A DNA stretch of 64,000 bases from contig CM052817.1 in NCBI GenBank assembly GCA_028534125.1, forward strand, positions 46,812,001 through 46,876,000, written 5' to 3'. Every line of letters starts with the position of its first letter. The stretch's first letter is position 1. Source of the stretch: Lama glama (taxonomy: Eukaryota). A model generated the notes under the pieces. That model was not told the origin of the DNA. It did not search any database and saw only the letters and a program-made list of their open reading frames with translations. The translations under genes were made by a program, and so were the position numbers. This document shows, piece after piece, positions 1 through 12,678 of the stretch.

Positions 1-2230
1 GCAAATTGAATTCCACAGAACAGTTAAAGGATCATACACCATCATCAAAAAGGACTTTTTTCCTAGGATGCAAGGATGGTTCAACATACACAAAACAATG
101 TGATAACAAAATGAAGAATAAAAATCATATGATCATCTGAATAGATCTGAAAAAGCATTGACAAAATTCAACAACCAATCAGGCATGATAAAAACTCTCA
201 GCAAAGGTATAGAGGGAACATACCTCAAAATAATAAAGACCATACATGGCAAGCCACAGCTAATATCATATTCAACAGTGAAAAGCTGAAAGCTTTTCCT
301 CTAAGATCAAGAACAAGACAAGAATGCTCATTCTCACCATTCCTCTTCAACATAGTACTGGGAGACCTAGCTACAGTAGTTAGGCACAAAAAGAAAGGAA
401 GGAAGGAAGGAAGGGAGGGAGGGAGGGAGGGAGGAAGGAAGGAAGGAAGAAAAGAAAGAAAAGTCATCCAAAGGAAAAAAGAAAAATTTTCTCTATTTGC
501 AAATGACATAACATTATACAAAGAAAAGAACATACATATAGAAAGAAGAACAAAGCTGGAGATACCATGTTCCTGACTTCAAACTATATTACAAAGCTAG
601 AGTAATCCAAACAGCATGGTATTGGCATAAAAAGAGATGTATAGGTCAATGCAACAGAATAGAGAGCCCAGAAATAAACCAATGCATATATGGTCAACTC
701 TTATAAATTCAAAAAAATTAAATATAATTAACAAGGGGAGCCAAGAGCACACAAGGGGAAAAAGATAGTCTCTTCAATAAATGTTGGGAAAACTGGACAG
801 CTTCATACAAAAGAATGAAGCTATACCCCTATCTTACACCACTCACAAAAATTAACTTGAAATGAATTAAAGACTTGAATGTAAGACCTGAAACCATAAA
901 ACTCCTAGACAAAAACATAGGTGGTAAGCCTTTTGACATTGGTCTTGGTAATAACTTTTTGGATTTGACACCAAAAGGAAAGACAATGATAGCAAAAATA
1001 AACAAGTGGGGTACATCAAACTAAAAAGCTTCTACATAGCAAAAGAAACCACAAACAAAATAAAAAGTCAACTTATGGAATAGGAGAAAATACTTGTAAA
1101 TCATACATCTGGTAAAGGATTAATATCCAAAATAGGTATAAAATTATGTAACTTAATAGCATAAAATCAAGCAATTTAATTTAAAAATGAGCAGAGGAAC
1201 TGAGTAGACATTTTCCCAAAGAAGACATACAAGTGGCCAACAGGTATGTGAAAAGGTGCTCAACATCACTAATCATCAGAGAAATACGTGTCAAAACCAC
1301 AATGAAATATCACCTCACATCTGTTAGAGTAGTTATTACTAAAAAAAAAACCAAGAGATAAAAAGTATTGGCGAGAATGTGGAGAAAAGAGAACACTTGT
1401 ACACTGTTGGTGGGAATGTAAAATGGTGCAGCCACTATGGAAAACAATATAGAAGCTCCTTAAAGGATTAAAAATAAAACTACAATGATCAAACATCCCA
1501 AATCTAGATTTAGCTAAAAGAAATGAAAACAGACTATTGATGTGATGTTTGCACTTCCATATTCATTGCAGCATTATTTACAACAGCCAAAATACAGAAA
1601 CAACCTAAGTGTCCATCAAAGAATAAATTGATAAAGAAAATATGGTATATAGAAAACATATACATATGCATATATAACAATGGAATATTATTTAGCCATG
1701 AGAAAGAAGGAAATCCTGCCACATGTGGTAACATGGATGGATGTTAAAGTCCTTATGCTAAGAGAAATAAGCCAAATGGAGACAGAAAAATATTGCATGG
1801 CATCACCCACATATGAAATCTTTAAAAAAAATAATAAAGTCAAATTCATAGAAACAGAAAATAGAAAAGTGGTTTCCAGGAATTGGGGAGTCGGGTAAAG
1901 TGCAAGAGGTTGGTGAAAGGGCACAGAATTTCAGCTATAAAATGAGTAAGATCTGAGGATCGAATGTAAAACATGGTGACTATATAGTTAATAACACTGG
2001 ATTGTATAACCAAAATTTGCTAAGAGAGTAAAACTGAAATATTCTCAACAAGAAGAAAAAAATTAAAGATAAATATGTGTGGTGATGGCTAGGTTAATTA
2101 ACTAAAAGAGGGGAATTCTTTCACAATGTATTATGTATATTGAATAATCATGATGTGATGTACATTTAGATATCTCACAATTATATTTGTCAATTATACT
2201 TCAATAAAGCTGAATTTTTTAAACAATAAA
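1..2230 (+). mobile_element. LINE-1 3' half (degenerate ORF2 + 3'UTR), L1MA-type, with internal deletion
   Basis: L1 ORF2 motifs: LFANDITLY (RT FADDM-like) at 493-519 and PDFKLYYKA at 572-598; typical L1 3' ORF2/3'UTR text; AATAAA near 2203-2230; many stops and frameshifts. Confidence 0.95.
390..460. repeat. (GGAA)n/(GGGA)n polypurine microsatellite inside L1
   Basis: Seen directly: aagaaaggaaggaaggaaggaagggagggagggagggagggaggaaggaaggaagg. Confidence 0.95.
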
Positions 2231-2429
2231 GTTGAGTTACTTTTCCACCATAACCAATAAAAACTTTTGAAAACGTTGCCATCTAGTGGTGTCCAACTTA
2301 AAAAAAAATCATTAATAACTAGTAAATCACTCACCCACATTCCCTAGGAAAAGTTTCTTTAGTGGTTTTCAAATAAACAAACGTTACCCTTGTGTTTTAA
2401 GAAATACTCTGGATATAGGCTATTGGGTT

Positions 2430-2620
2430 TTAAAATTTGGCTTAGTCATTTACTAACTGAATAGCCACAGGCAAGATGCTTAAGTTTTCTGTAAAGTGCA
2501 CATAATAGTACTGATCTCGTAGACTTATCAAGAACAATTGATGAGAAAATCCATATAAAGTTGTTTAGCACTGCATTTAGCTCACGGTATACACCCAATA
2601 AGTAGTAACTATTATATTAC
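2430..2620 (+). mobile_element. MIR SINE (degenerate)
   Basis: MIR core-like text (ggcaagatgcttaag...ctgtaaagtg...ataatagtac...tttagcac); boundaries approximate. Confidence 0.6.
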
Positions 2621-3457
2621 TGGATGGGGAAAAGGTTGCAAATTATTTGGGCTGTCAGTGAGAATGAAGTTTGAGTGATACAACACTTAAAACAATGACA
2701 CTTTATATTGTCAATTCTGGTTAGAGTATTACACTTCTTCCTTGAAGTAGCAGGAACATTGGCATATGGTTGCTGTCTAGATGGCAGGTGTTAATGACTG
2801 GTATTCTCTAAAAGATCCCTGTATCAAAATATAATTGTGATTTACTATCAAAATATTTATTACGTATAATTTATTCCTGATTTGGTCTGTTGGCTATTTT
2901 TTTTAATATAAATCTTTCTATGAGAGCATAAATGGAAGTGGAGGAAAGGCAGCTTCACTAGTTGTTTAAAAAGAAAAAATCGAGGATCATATAAGATGCA
3001 GTCATCTCTAAAATTGCCTGCCATGAAGGCAAGGCAGATAGAACTGGTCCTCTATGATATCCTTTGAGCATTGCAATGACTTATTTAGTATTAGTAATGA
3101 TTAGTTATTACAAGGTCGTATTTATTACTAGTAATGACTAGTATTGCAATGACATTGTTTAAGACAGTCCTTGCAGTTTATTTCAACTAGTGTGATTTTT
3201 ATAATATATTTGACTAAAATATCTCCTGAGATCTCCAAGGATATGATGATAAAGTGTTAGATGACACCACTATTGAGGATTTACAGGTATGCAATTGGCA
3301 ATATTCATAGCATTTTAGTGGAGTGAAGTCAATTTGAGGAAGAAAAATCATACCACAAGACTCAGTAATGAACACCCTTTCCTCAATATTTTTATCAAAA
3401 ACTTGAATGAATAAAGCATGCTTTGTTTAAGTTGCAGAAAATTCTCAGTGGATAGAT

Positions 3458-3965
3458 GTAGCAGGCAGCCTCTAAGATGGCCCCAGTGATTCCTGCCTCC
3501 TGATATTCATCCCTTTGTATAATTCCCTCCTCTTGCAGGTGGACTGGTCCTAATGACTCACTTCTAATGAATATAATACAGCAAAAGTGATGGGAGTCAC
3601 TTCTGAAATTAGGTTACAAAGAAACTGTGGCCTCCATTTTGCATGTTTTTCCTAGCTCTCTCTTGCTAACTCACTGTGATGTTACCAGCTGTCCTACGAG
3701 AGGCCTCGTTGACATGGAACTGAATTCTGCCAACAACCACACTAGTTAGCTCAGAAACATCCTCTCTTACTTGAGGCTTCAGATGAGACTGCAGCCTCAT
3801 ACAACACCTTCTCATGAGCTTGGTAAGAGTCTTCTGGGAAAAGGCACCCAGATAAGCCATTCTCTGGATTCTTGACCTGCAGAAGCTCTGAAATAATATT
3901 GCTTGGTACTTTAAGCTACTAAATTGTGGGAATTAATTTGTTATACAGCAACAGATAACCAACAC
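3458..3965 (+). mobile_element. MaLR solo LTR (MLT1E/F-like)
   Basis: Starts tgtagcaggcagcctctaagatggcccc; ends ttaagctactaaattgtggg...tttgttatacagcaacagataaccaacaca, typical MLT1 termini (TG...CA). Confidence 0.85.
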
Positions 3966-3972
3966 AGTTGAT

Positions 3973-4153
3973 CAGGGGTCAGCAAACTACAGCCTGTGGG
4001 CCAAATCTGGTCTGAAGACTGCCTTTAAAAGAGGTTTTTTGTTTGTTTATCTATTTATTTGTGAATGAAAGAAAAAGAATATGTAACAAAGACTATAGCA
4101 CACAAAGCTTAAAATATCACTAGCTTTTAACGGAAAAAGCTTGCCAACTTCTA
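3973..4153 (+). mobile_element. hAT-Charlie MITE, MER58-like
   Basis: Imperfect TIRs caggggtcagcaaact / agcttgccaacttcta; internal gcctgtgggccaaatctgg. Confidence 0.8.
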
Positions 4154-7100
4154 CAGTAAACAGTATGCCCCATAACAGAATCAAGACTCAAAATGATTAC
4201 CTTAACTCACTAGAATAAAGAAGTGAAGTAAATGATATAAAATCTGGCAATCATTAATGAAAAGTTCTGCCCTGAAGTTCAAAAACTTCAATCTCAGAAA
4301 TATAGGAAAGTGATCATATGAAAAGAATTAAAGGATTTTAGTGGACCCCAGGCGCACAAAAAGCTAAAGTATAGTGTGGATGATTTAAGTTAATACAATC
4401 CAAGATTGCATTAACATAAATATAAATGGAGTTCACAGAGAAATGTAACCTCAAGACTACTCAATGTTAGACCACTTGTGGTGTATTTTAACATGGATCA
4501 TTTAAAAAACTGTTTAGAGACAATGAAAAAGATATTTGTATTTATTTCAGTGGAAAGGACTTTTAAATTTACTTTCTTAACTAATTGCAAGATACTTTTT
4601 TATAAATCAACACGATAGGTGGAACCACCAGGATCTAAAGGTTTGCATTTTATCTATGTTAATCTCTCTCCATAACTTTTTTTTACTTGAATCTTCCTTT
4701 GATGCCTATCTGTATTTTATAATATGTTTATATTTTTCATGGGTGTCTTTCACTTCCCCTCTACACCAGGAAAGACGTACCTATGTTTGACTACGGAGGT
4801 GGGAGATGGTTGGTGTGTTTAAGAGTATTGTGTCCTTCTATAGCCTCTTGAATGTGGCCTGTGTCTATCTATGTTTGCATATGCTGTGTACGTCTGTGCC
4901 CACAAATGTATCCTGGAACTAAGAGTCACTGCAGAATAAAATGCAGCCATAAACAAACAAAAAAGCAGATCATTTTAAACTAACTAACTCTAAATTCACA
5001 TTTATATATATTATGAATGAGAAACAGAGACTAACCAAACATGTTTCAACTTACTTGAATTCAAAGAGTTCTGAAGACTGACTGGAGACAGCATGTACCC
5101 AGAGACACAATTAGCTCTACTCGTTCCTTTTCTACAGTAAAATCTACCCTCTCCTTGCTTTTCTACTACTGTAGTTTTAGCTTTATAGTCCACGATTCCT
5201 TGTTGTTTATTGTCATTCCTGAGAAATTGTTCTGAATGTGGTCAACAGTCAATGACTCATCCAGTGGCTTCTTCAGCTTCCATACCAGCCAGTGGTAGGA
5301 CAACCAAGGAGGACTAGGGATAAAAAGAGCCTTTGATGCTAAACCCTGAAAAGCAGAACTATGGAGGCACTAACAAAGTTCCTCTTGAGAAGACTATTTC
5401 TCTCTCAGAATGAGTGAAAAGTGACTGCTATTTTCATATTCTAGAAGGAGGTGAAGATTTTCACTAAACTGACTCAGTGATTAAAAGACAGAGGGATTAA
5501 AAGGGGGAAAATACACAGAGGAAAGGAGAGAATTGGAGTGATAACACTTCTGTTTACACTGAATCACTAAGTGATGAAATTATCTAAACACTTAAGGTTA
5601 AAATTTAAATCTCAAACCTGTACTTGAGTAATGCTCACATTTGACTCTATTTTGTCCTACAAGTCCATTACTGGTAGCCTTTAACAATAAAATGCACTTA
5701 ACATTTAAGCCATAGATCATGATACTCTATAAAAACCTTTAACTGTTAAGGATGTAGATGGAAATCATTATGTTAAGCTTCTCAATAATGAGTGTCCATA
5801 AAAAATTTATTTCTCATGAATTTTAATTTAACTATGAGAAACTAGGAGATGCAAAAGAAATTCTTTTAAGTTGTTTTAATAACTTAGGAAAAAGAAAGAG
5901 AAAACCAGGACTGAAGTAAACCAGCAAATTAACTTGCTTGTTAAAAAGGAAATTACAAGGATATATAGCCAGATGTTCTATCTGTATATTCATTACAAAG
6001 CAATTTACCAGAGATTATTCAAAGTCTTTAATATGGTTTAGAAGGTGACTTTTAATGCTTAATATACTTTCACTTGCCTAAGAATTAGAAAGCCACATGT
6101 CCAAAAAATAATCTTTTGAGTATGACGTATATAGGTACGTGGCTACTGCACCTTTATTTTGAATTTCAGTTTTCTCTGTTACCATGTATTGGCCTTAACA
6201 GATTCATGGGTCAATTAAAAATAAAAATGCCTCTAAAATTAGTATTGCTTAACATATATTTTATCATTTAATTATTACTAAATATGCTATTATTTATATT
6301 ACTAAATATTATTAGTATAACATTTTATATCCATATAATGCAGAACTTTCCTTTATTTTTCTCCTGATTTTTATGAGGTAAACAAATAGAATGGCAGTAT
6401 GAAAAAATATATATTACTGGCATGCCCCTCTAACACAGTCACTGTTGCTTTGCACTTGTTCCCTTATTATTGTGCATATTTTAAGTTGTTGCTTTTGTAA
6501 TAGACAAAATGTTATGCTTTAAGTTTTTCACTTAAAATTATAGCAGAACTTTTTTTGCTTGCTGCATAGTTTCATAATTATTTTCTTAATGTGTGGATGC
6601 GCAGAGACTTTGTAAAATGAAATAGGGTGTCACCTGTGGAAGGCCAGGTGATTAGTCAAGTCCACAATGTGCCAGTTACCTTGGTAGATTTCTTCACAGT
6701 CCCCTCATTTTACAGGCTGGGACACCCAGTCTGTTCCCTGTCCCAAAACTGACTGAATATGGGGTCTCATTCATTCTAACAAACCTTGAAGAGACTGACA
6801 TATGATGAAACTAAAATAGTAATCTATTAATTTTACAGTGAGAAGAAGTCAAGGTGCAAGCCTGCCTTCCTGTGTTTTCTTTGACCTGACTATCACGTTC
6901 TCTTCCTCTAGGCAAACTCCATGAGATGCCTAATGATAAGGAGCTGGCCTGATTAGAATGACTATAAACAAAAAAGAATCCTTAAGTGATTTGAATGCCT
7001 GTCCCCATAATAAAGCTAGTATGTACTTCTAAGCAAGATGATGATAGTGTCTTAATCAGAGCTGAATGGGCACACACTTGTTTTAGTCTTCCAGATCTCA

Positions 7101-8020
7101 CCTTTTTTGTTGTTTTCACTGCTGAACAACCTTATCCTCAATTGGCACATTCTTTCACTAAATGTGCCAGTAAGTTCATTCTGTTACAGTTATATATTTT
7201 GGACTAGAAAGCCATTCCCCTTCTGTCCTGATTCATTATGCTTTGATTTTGCTGCCTCCCTCTTGCAAAAAATCATTTTTCCTAAATCTTAGTTATTGAG
7301 AAACACTTAATAGTCCCCACATACCTCAAATATCCCTTACAAATGGCAACATAGTATTCCATTGGGTTCCCACACTATAATTTACTTTAGCAATTCTCTC
7401 TCATTGGCCATTTGTATTTTTCCCTTCCGTACCCTATGAAATCGTAATACACATCATATACTCTTCTTTGAAATTTTTCACAAGAATAAATTCCTGTGAG
7501 TACTAGAGAATAAAAGGGAGAAGACATTTTTTATATTTATTGCCTAATAACTTCACAAAATGACTTGAACAATTTATACTGATACCAGCAAACTATAACA
7601 ATTTCAAGATAATCTCACCATTACTTAAATTTCTGAAATTTTAGTATGTTAATGGGAATAAAATTAAAATATGTTGCTATTTCAAATTTCACTTTAAATT
7701 ATCACTGAAATTGGTCATTTTCTATGGCTCAGTATTAATTTTTGTTGTTAACTGAACCCAATTATATTCTTTGCTATTTTTTTGAGGTATTATATATTAC
7801 ATTTCCAGTCACTTAAATTCCTTTGCGTTTTGATTTGCATCTCAGTAGTTTAAGGGTATCCTAAAACTAATAATTACAGATACTGAAATATATTAAAGAT
7901 AATATTCTTCAAAGTATGGTAAACTCTCTCTGTTACATCGGCTATCAAACTCTACAGATAGAAAAATGGAGGGAAGGAGGGAAGAAGAGAATGAGCAAGA
8001 GAGAATGAGAATAGAACTTA

Positions 8021-8102
8021 CAGACCTGAATCGCTTTGGCATATACATGAAACTAATGTTGTAAATCAACTACACTTCAATAAAAAATACAAAATTTTTA
8101 AA
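8021..8102 (+). mobile_element. Extremely 5'-truncated L1 3' end with TSD
   Basis: ctgaatcgctttgg...gaaactaat...tgtaaatcaactacacttcaataaaaaa; flanking direct repeat agaactta at 8013-8020 and 8103-8110. Confidence 0.75.
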
Positions 8103-8995
8103 AGAACTTATTTATATGACTTTTTATAACAAATAAATGAAAATATTTTTTATTATTTATAAATGACTGCTGTTTGCACTTTCAAAATGCAAGGCTCCCT
8201 ACCATTCCTGATAATAAACAGTATGCTAGGTTCTCATCACACTTAGACATTCTGCAGTGTAAGGTATGATTTTGTATATCCACCAACTTTTCTATTTCAA
8301 AATTCTAAATACAAGAATGCATAGATTTAGATATATACTGCCCAAGGCAACAAAGAGAGCCTTTCAACTTTGCAAAGACAAGTCTTTTCCCGTTAGTCTA
8401 GTTTTGTCCGGTTCACTAAATCTTTTAGGTCTAGATTGTCACAATGTACATCAGCAACATAGTACATGTATAAGGAAACAGACAGTGAAAACAAATTCAG
8501 AATATCATACCCTGGATTAATGGCTTTGAAATGATTAAGGCATTTTGGGGTGAGAACAACTAGAATTGTAAGAGCGAATTGTTCCAATTTCTCAGTCTGT
8601 AATATGAGTGAAAATGAGGGGTGGAGTGTAGGGGTGGAGTGGAGAAAGAAGTGGAATGTTATGATGCTTAAACTATTCCTTTGTAAGCCCCACGACTATG
8701 TCTAAGTGTTCCCTGGTATTCACCCAATGTAGTCAAATCACTTTGGAGGACAATGATTTTTACCACCCTCAACAAACATACTTGACTGTGGAATTTCACA
8801 CTTAGAGATTAACGGCAAAGTTTTCCAGTTAAGACACTTGGGCCAATAGATGGCTTTGTTTGCAACAAAGAGTATTATTTGCCTTCTGAACATGGAACCA
8901 ACAGAAAGTATTAAAAATTATAGATTGTCACAGTTGATTTCAATACTTTGAGTTTAACATGAACCCTAAAATCCTAATTGAAAGAAAAAATTTTT

Positions 8996-9882
8996 TTCTT
9001 TTTTAATGTTATTTTATTGAGTTATAGTTGGTTTATAATGTTGTGTCAATTTCCAGTGTAGAGAACAATTTTTCAGTTATACATGAACATACATATATTC
9101 ATTGTTGCATTCTTTTTCACTGTGAGCTACCACAATATATTGTATATATTTCTCTGTGCTATACAGTATAATCTTGTTTATCTATTCTATATATACCTGT
9201 CAGTATCTACAAATTTTGAACTTCCAGTCTGTCCCTTCCCACCCCCCTCCCCCCTGGCAACCACAAGTTTCTATTATATATCTATGAGTCTCTTTCTGTT
9301 TTATATTTATGTTCATTTGTCTTTTTCTTTTCTTTTTTTTTAGATTCCACATATGAGTGATCTTATATAGTATTTTCCTTTCTTTTTCTGACTTACTTCA
9401 CTTAAGAATGACATTCTCCAGGGACATCTATGTTGCTACAAATGGCGTTATGTTGTCATTTTTATGGCTGAATAGTATTCCATTGTGTAAATATACCATC
9501 TCTTCTTTATCCAGTTATCTGTCGATGGACATTCAGGTTGTTTCCATGTCTCAGCTATTGTAAACAGTGCTTCTATGAACACTGGGGTGCAGGTATCTTT
9601 TTGAAGTAGGCTTCCTTCTGGATATATGCCCAGGAGTGGGATTACTGGGTCATATGATAAATCTATTCCTAGTCTTTTGAGGAATCTCTATACTATTTTC
9701 CACAGTGGCTGCACCAAACTGCATTCCCACCAGCAGTGCAGGAGGATCCCCTTTTCTCCATAGTCTCTCCAGCATTTAACATTTGTGGACTTTTGAATGA
9801 TGGCCATTCTGACTGGTGTGAGGTGATACCTCACTGTAGTTTTGATTTGCATTTCTCTGATAATTAGTGATATCGACCATTT
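8996..9882 (-). mobile_element. 5'-truncated, relatively young LINE-1 with TSD
   Basis: T-rich tail at ~8991-9015, reverse-complement L1 3'UTR and ORF2 end; 18-bp TSD ttgaaagaaaa(a/c)attttt at 8978-8995 and 9883-9900. Confidence 0.92.
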
Positions 9883-10452
9883 TTGAAAGAAAACATTTTT
9901 GACAGGAATCTGTCAAATATATACAATTTAAATATATATGTTGTATATATATTTATACATACATTTAAAATATATACACATATATAATTTATATTTTGAA
10001 AAAGGTTATTTTCTCCTAAATATCCTTAGAAAGTAAATGATTTTTCAAAAATCTATTCACGTTTTTAAAATATAAAGTCTTAATAATCATGCCATATAAT
10101 TATCTGGAAAAAGGCATTTTATGCTTCTTTAAATGCATATGGCCTTCAGGTAAAGAAAAAAAAACTCAGCCTTTAACTCTTACATGTTACTGAATTTTTC
10201 CATCAATGTTTCATCATGCCCCTTCCCACATGTTCTAACTTCAAGCTGAACGTTGAGGAAGAAGGCACAGAGTAGAAGTTGCACAAATTGTTGCCAATCT
10301 AACCTTTTAAAAGTGTTTTCAACCATAAGTCCCTATTCCTAACCGCCTCCAGTCTAAACTACTTCTCAGGGTCCTAGACCTTCCATTATCTGGACCTAAC
10401 TTTCCCAATAATCCTGAATATTCTTTTTCTCTTCTGGTTGGGCCTATTAAAC

Positions 10453-11220
10453 TCATTCATTCAATAAATATTTGTTGAGTGATTACTATGTGGCACACAC
10501 CAAACCACAATGCAGTGATGGCACAGGCTCCAGAACCAGACAGATCAAGTTCAAATATAGGTTAAAATACCACTTACTGTGAGGTTCCTTAACTTCCATT
10601 TGTCTCTTTTCCCTTATCTGTCAAAAAAGGCTAAAAAGTATTATAATTTTATTGTAAAGATTAAAGAAAATAATATATATCAAGTGCATAGAACAATTCC
10701 TAGCACACAGAAAGCCCTCAACAAATAATACAGGTTATTTGGGAGAGTGCAGTGTTTAAGAAAAAAAAAATAAAACAAAATTTGGTAAGTGCTATTCCAG
10801 GGGAAGTACAGGGTGTTATGACAGGGCCAAAGAAGGCAACTACATTGTCAGGACAGTTTTCCCAGGGAATTGACATTGAAGCTGAATCCTGCAATATAAA
10901 TTGGAGTCAGCTTGGTAATGGAAGAAAGGAGTGGTCTAAGCAAGGAGAATTATATATGAAAAGGCCCAGAAATGCATTAACATCGTACTTTGGAGAAATC
11001 GAATGAAATTCAATAGAGCCGAGGAATGAGAGATGAGGCAGAGAAGTGGGATAGGATCCAGGTCAAAGACTCTTTGAGTTTCACCTCTATATCAAGAATA
11101 ATAATAAGCAATCTGGGGACCTTTAAGAAGAAAGGCAATCTGACCCAATTTAGATTTGAAAATAGGTGGCTGCAGAGTGGAGAACAGATTGGAGAGAAAA
11201 TGGAGAACAGGATCATCTCT
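10453..11220 (-). mobile_element. L2 LINE 3' fragment interrupted by a MIR (~10515-10730)
   Basis: L2 tail tcattcattcaataaatatttgttgagtgattactatgtggcac; L2 body to ~11220; MIR-like insert on + strand. Confidence 0.7.
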
Positions 11221-11489
11221 TATGTCTTACATTTAGGACATGCTCTACCATCTTTCATAGACCAGATAAACACCACAGTCTGTGGAAAGCCTTTCTTACT
11301 TCTTGAGCTCTCATTGGTCACTTTCTTCTTTTTAAACTCCAATAGCATTTTTTTTTCTTTTCACTCTGACAATGCACCTTTAATCCATAACTTCACTACA
11401 AGGCTAGTGTCTGAGGGGAGGAAGGTAGAGGGGAGGATTAGTCATTTGTCTTTTCAAGCATAGCTCCAAGAAAGACTCATAAGCTGTTC

Positions 11490-11728
11490 AGGTCTTGCAG
11501 GCTGGATTCCTAGAAAGTAGATTCTGAAATTGAGTTTAGTGCGCAGAGAGTACTCATGGCACTAATGAGTACCCATGGGATTGACACCTGTGGAAGGGAG
11601 AGGAAGGAAGCAGGGGTGGGAGAGGGGAAAGCTGAGCAATAGGTCCAGCCAACCCCATTGGAAACTTTAGAGCTCGAATGGCCTTTCAGATGGCAAGGCC
11701 TTTATACTCAATCTGCTATTGGATATAA
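11490..11728 (-). mobile_element. ERVL LTR fragment, LTR16-like
   Basis: gggattgacacctgtggaagggagaggaaggaagcagg...cagccaacccc...gagctcgaatggcctttcaga...ggcctttatac matches the recalled reverse complement of LTR16. Confidence 0.7.
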
Positions 11729-11849
11729 AGATTTCCCGTGTGGGTCTCTGGAACTGAGCCTATGTCAAAAATATGGCCTTATATGATTGCCTGTGTTTTC
11801 TGACCCTAGAACTGCTATGTCCTCTTCATCTCTGAGGAAACTATAATAA

Positions 11850-12487
11850 ATGTATCTCTGAAACCTTTGGGTTTAATGTCTATGCTGGATTGTGGGAATT
11901 TAGCTAATGCTAAAAACCATATTTCCCAAAATTTCTTTCCCTCTATGGCACTAAGTCAGAGTTGACCAAAGAGGAAGTGCATGAGACTGAAAAGACAAAA
12001 ATTAAGCAGAGGCCATTACTCTCAGAAAGTCACTGTGGTCAGACATGGTGACAAACAGACACAAAGTATTGGCAGGTCCCATCTTATCCTCCCCTGCATT
12101 TGGCTCATCTTCACAGTTGCTGGCCTTAATGGCCAACAGTGAACCCAGGCTCTCCACCAGGTATTTGACTGTGGACCCACAAAGGCAGTAGCCACATGAA
12201 GGCAATAACTTTCCAGAGGCAGCAATTTCCATAGACCTCAACTCAAGTTACCCCCTTCACTATTGCACTTTGGCAGCCTGAAGTACTTGGCTTCTTGCTT
12301 TTCCCTGCAAACTTCAACTTGTCCACAAGGCAGATATTTAAAAAGTATTGATTGACTATGATTTTTCTGAGTCTCTGACTTCCCTCTGCCAAACATTCAT
12401 TTTCACAGCTCCTTTCACATTTAATAAATTCCTTATTCTCACAAATTTTATAGTGGCTCTATTATCCTGAAAGAATCCTGAATGATG
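11850..12487 (+). mobile_element. ERVL-class LTR (LTR33/41/52-like)
   Basis: 3' end aataaattccttattctcac...tagtggctctattatcctgaaagaatcctgaatgatg resembles ERVL LTR R/U5; family and 5' boundary uncertain. Confidence 0.55.
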
Positions 12488-12678
12488 TCCTTTCCAGCCA
12501 AATAAGTTAAAGGAAAGAGAGAAGATATCAGTGATCCACAGTGGTAATTACCTTTCAAGAGTGGAAGATCCTCTTCACCTCAGTCTCAGTCATACCCTGC
12601 CATCTGTCTCCTTCTCTCAATGTAAAGAGAGGCCTCCATCATCTCTATGGAGGAACCTCTGCCTCAGGTTGAGATGAA

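Noticed and set aside
225..533. 102-aa minus-strand ORF with LPPS repeats
   Set aside because: Antisense of L1 ORF2 plus the GGAA/GGGA microsatellite
11026..11463. 145-aa ORF
   Set aside because: Starts within an L2 relic, no recognisable domain or exon support; consistent with chance
11550..11572. Hairpin gtactcat-7nt-atgagtac
   Set aside because: 8-bp stem inside an LTR, explained by a small local duplication of a near-palindrome; expected by chance in 64 kb
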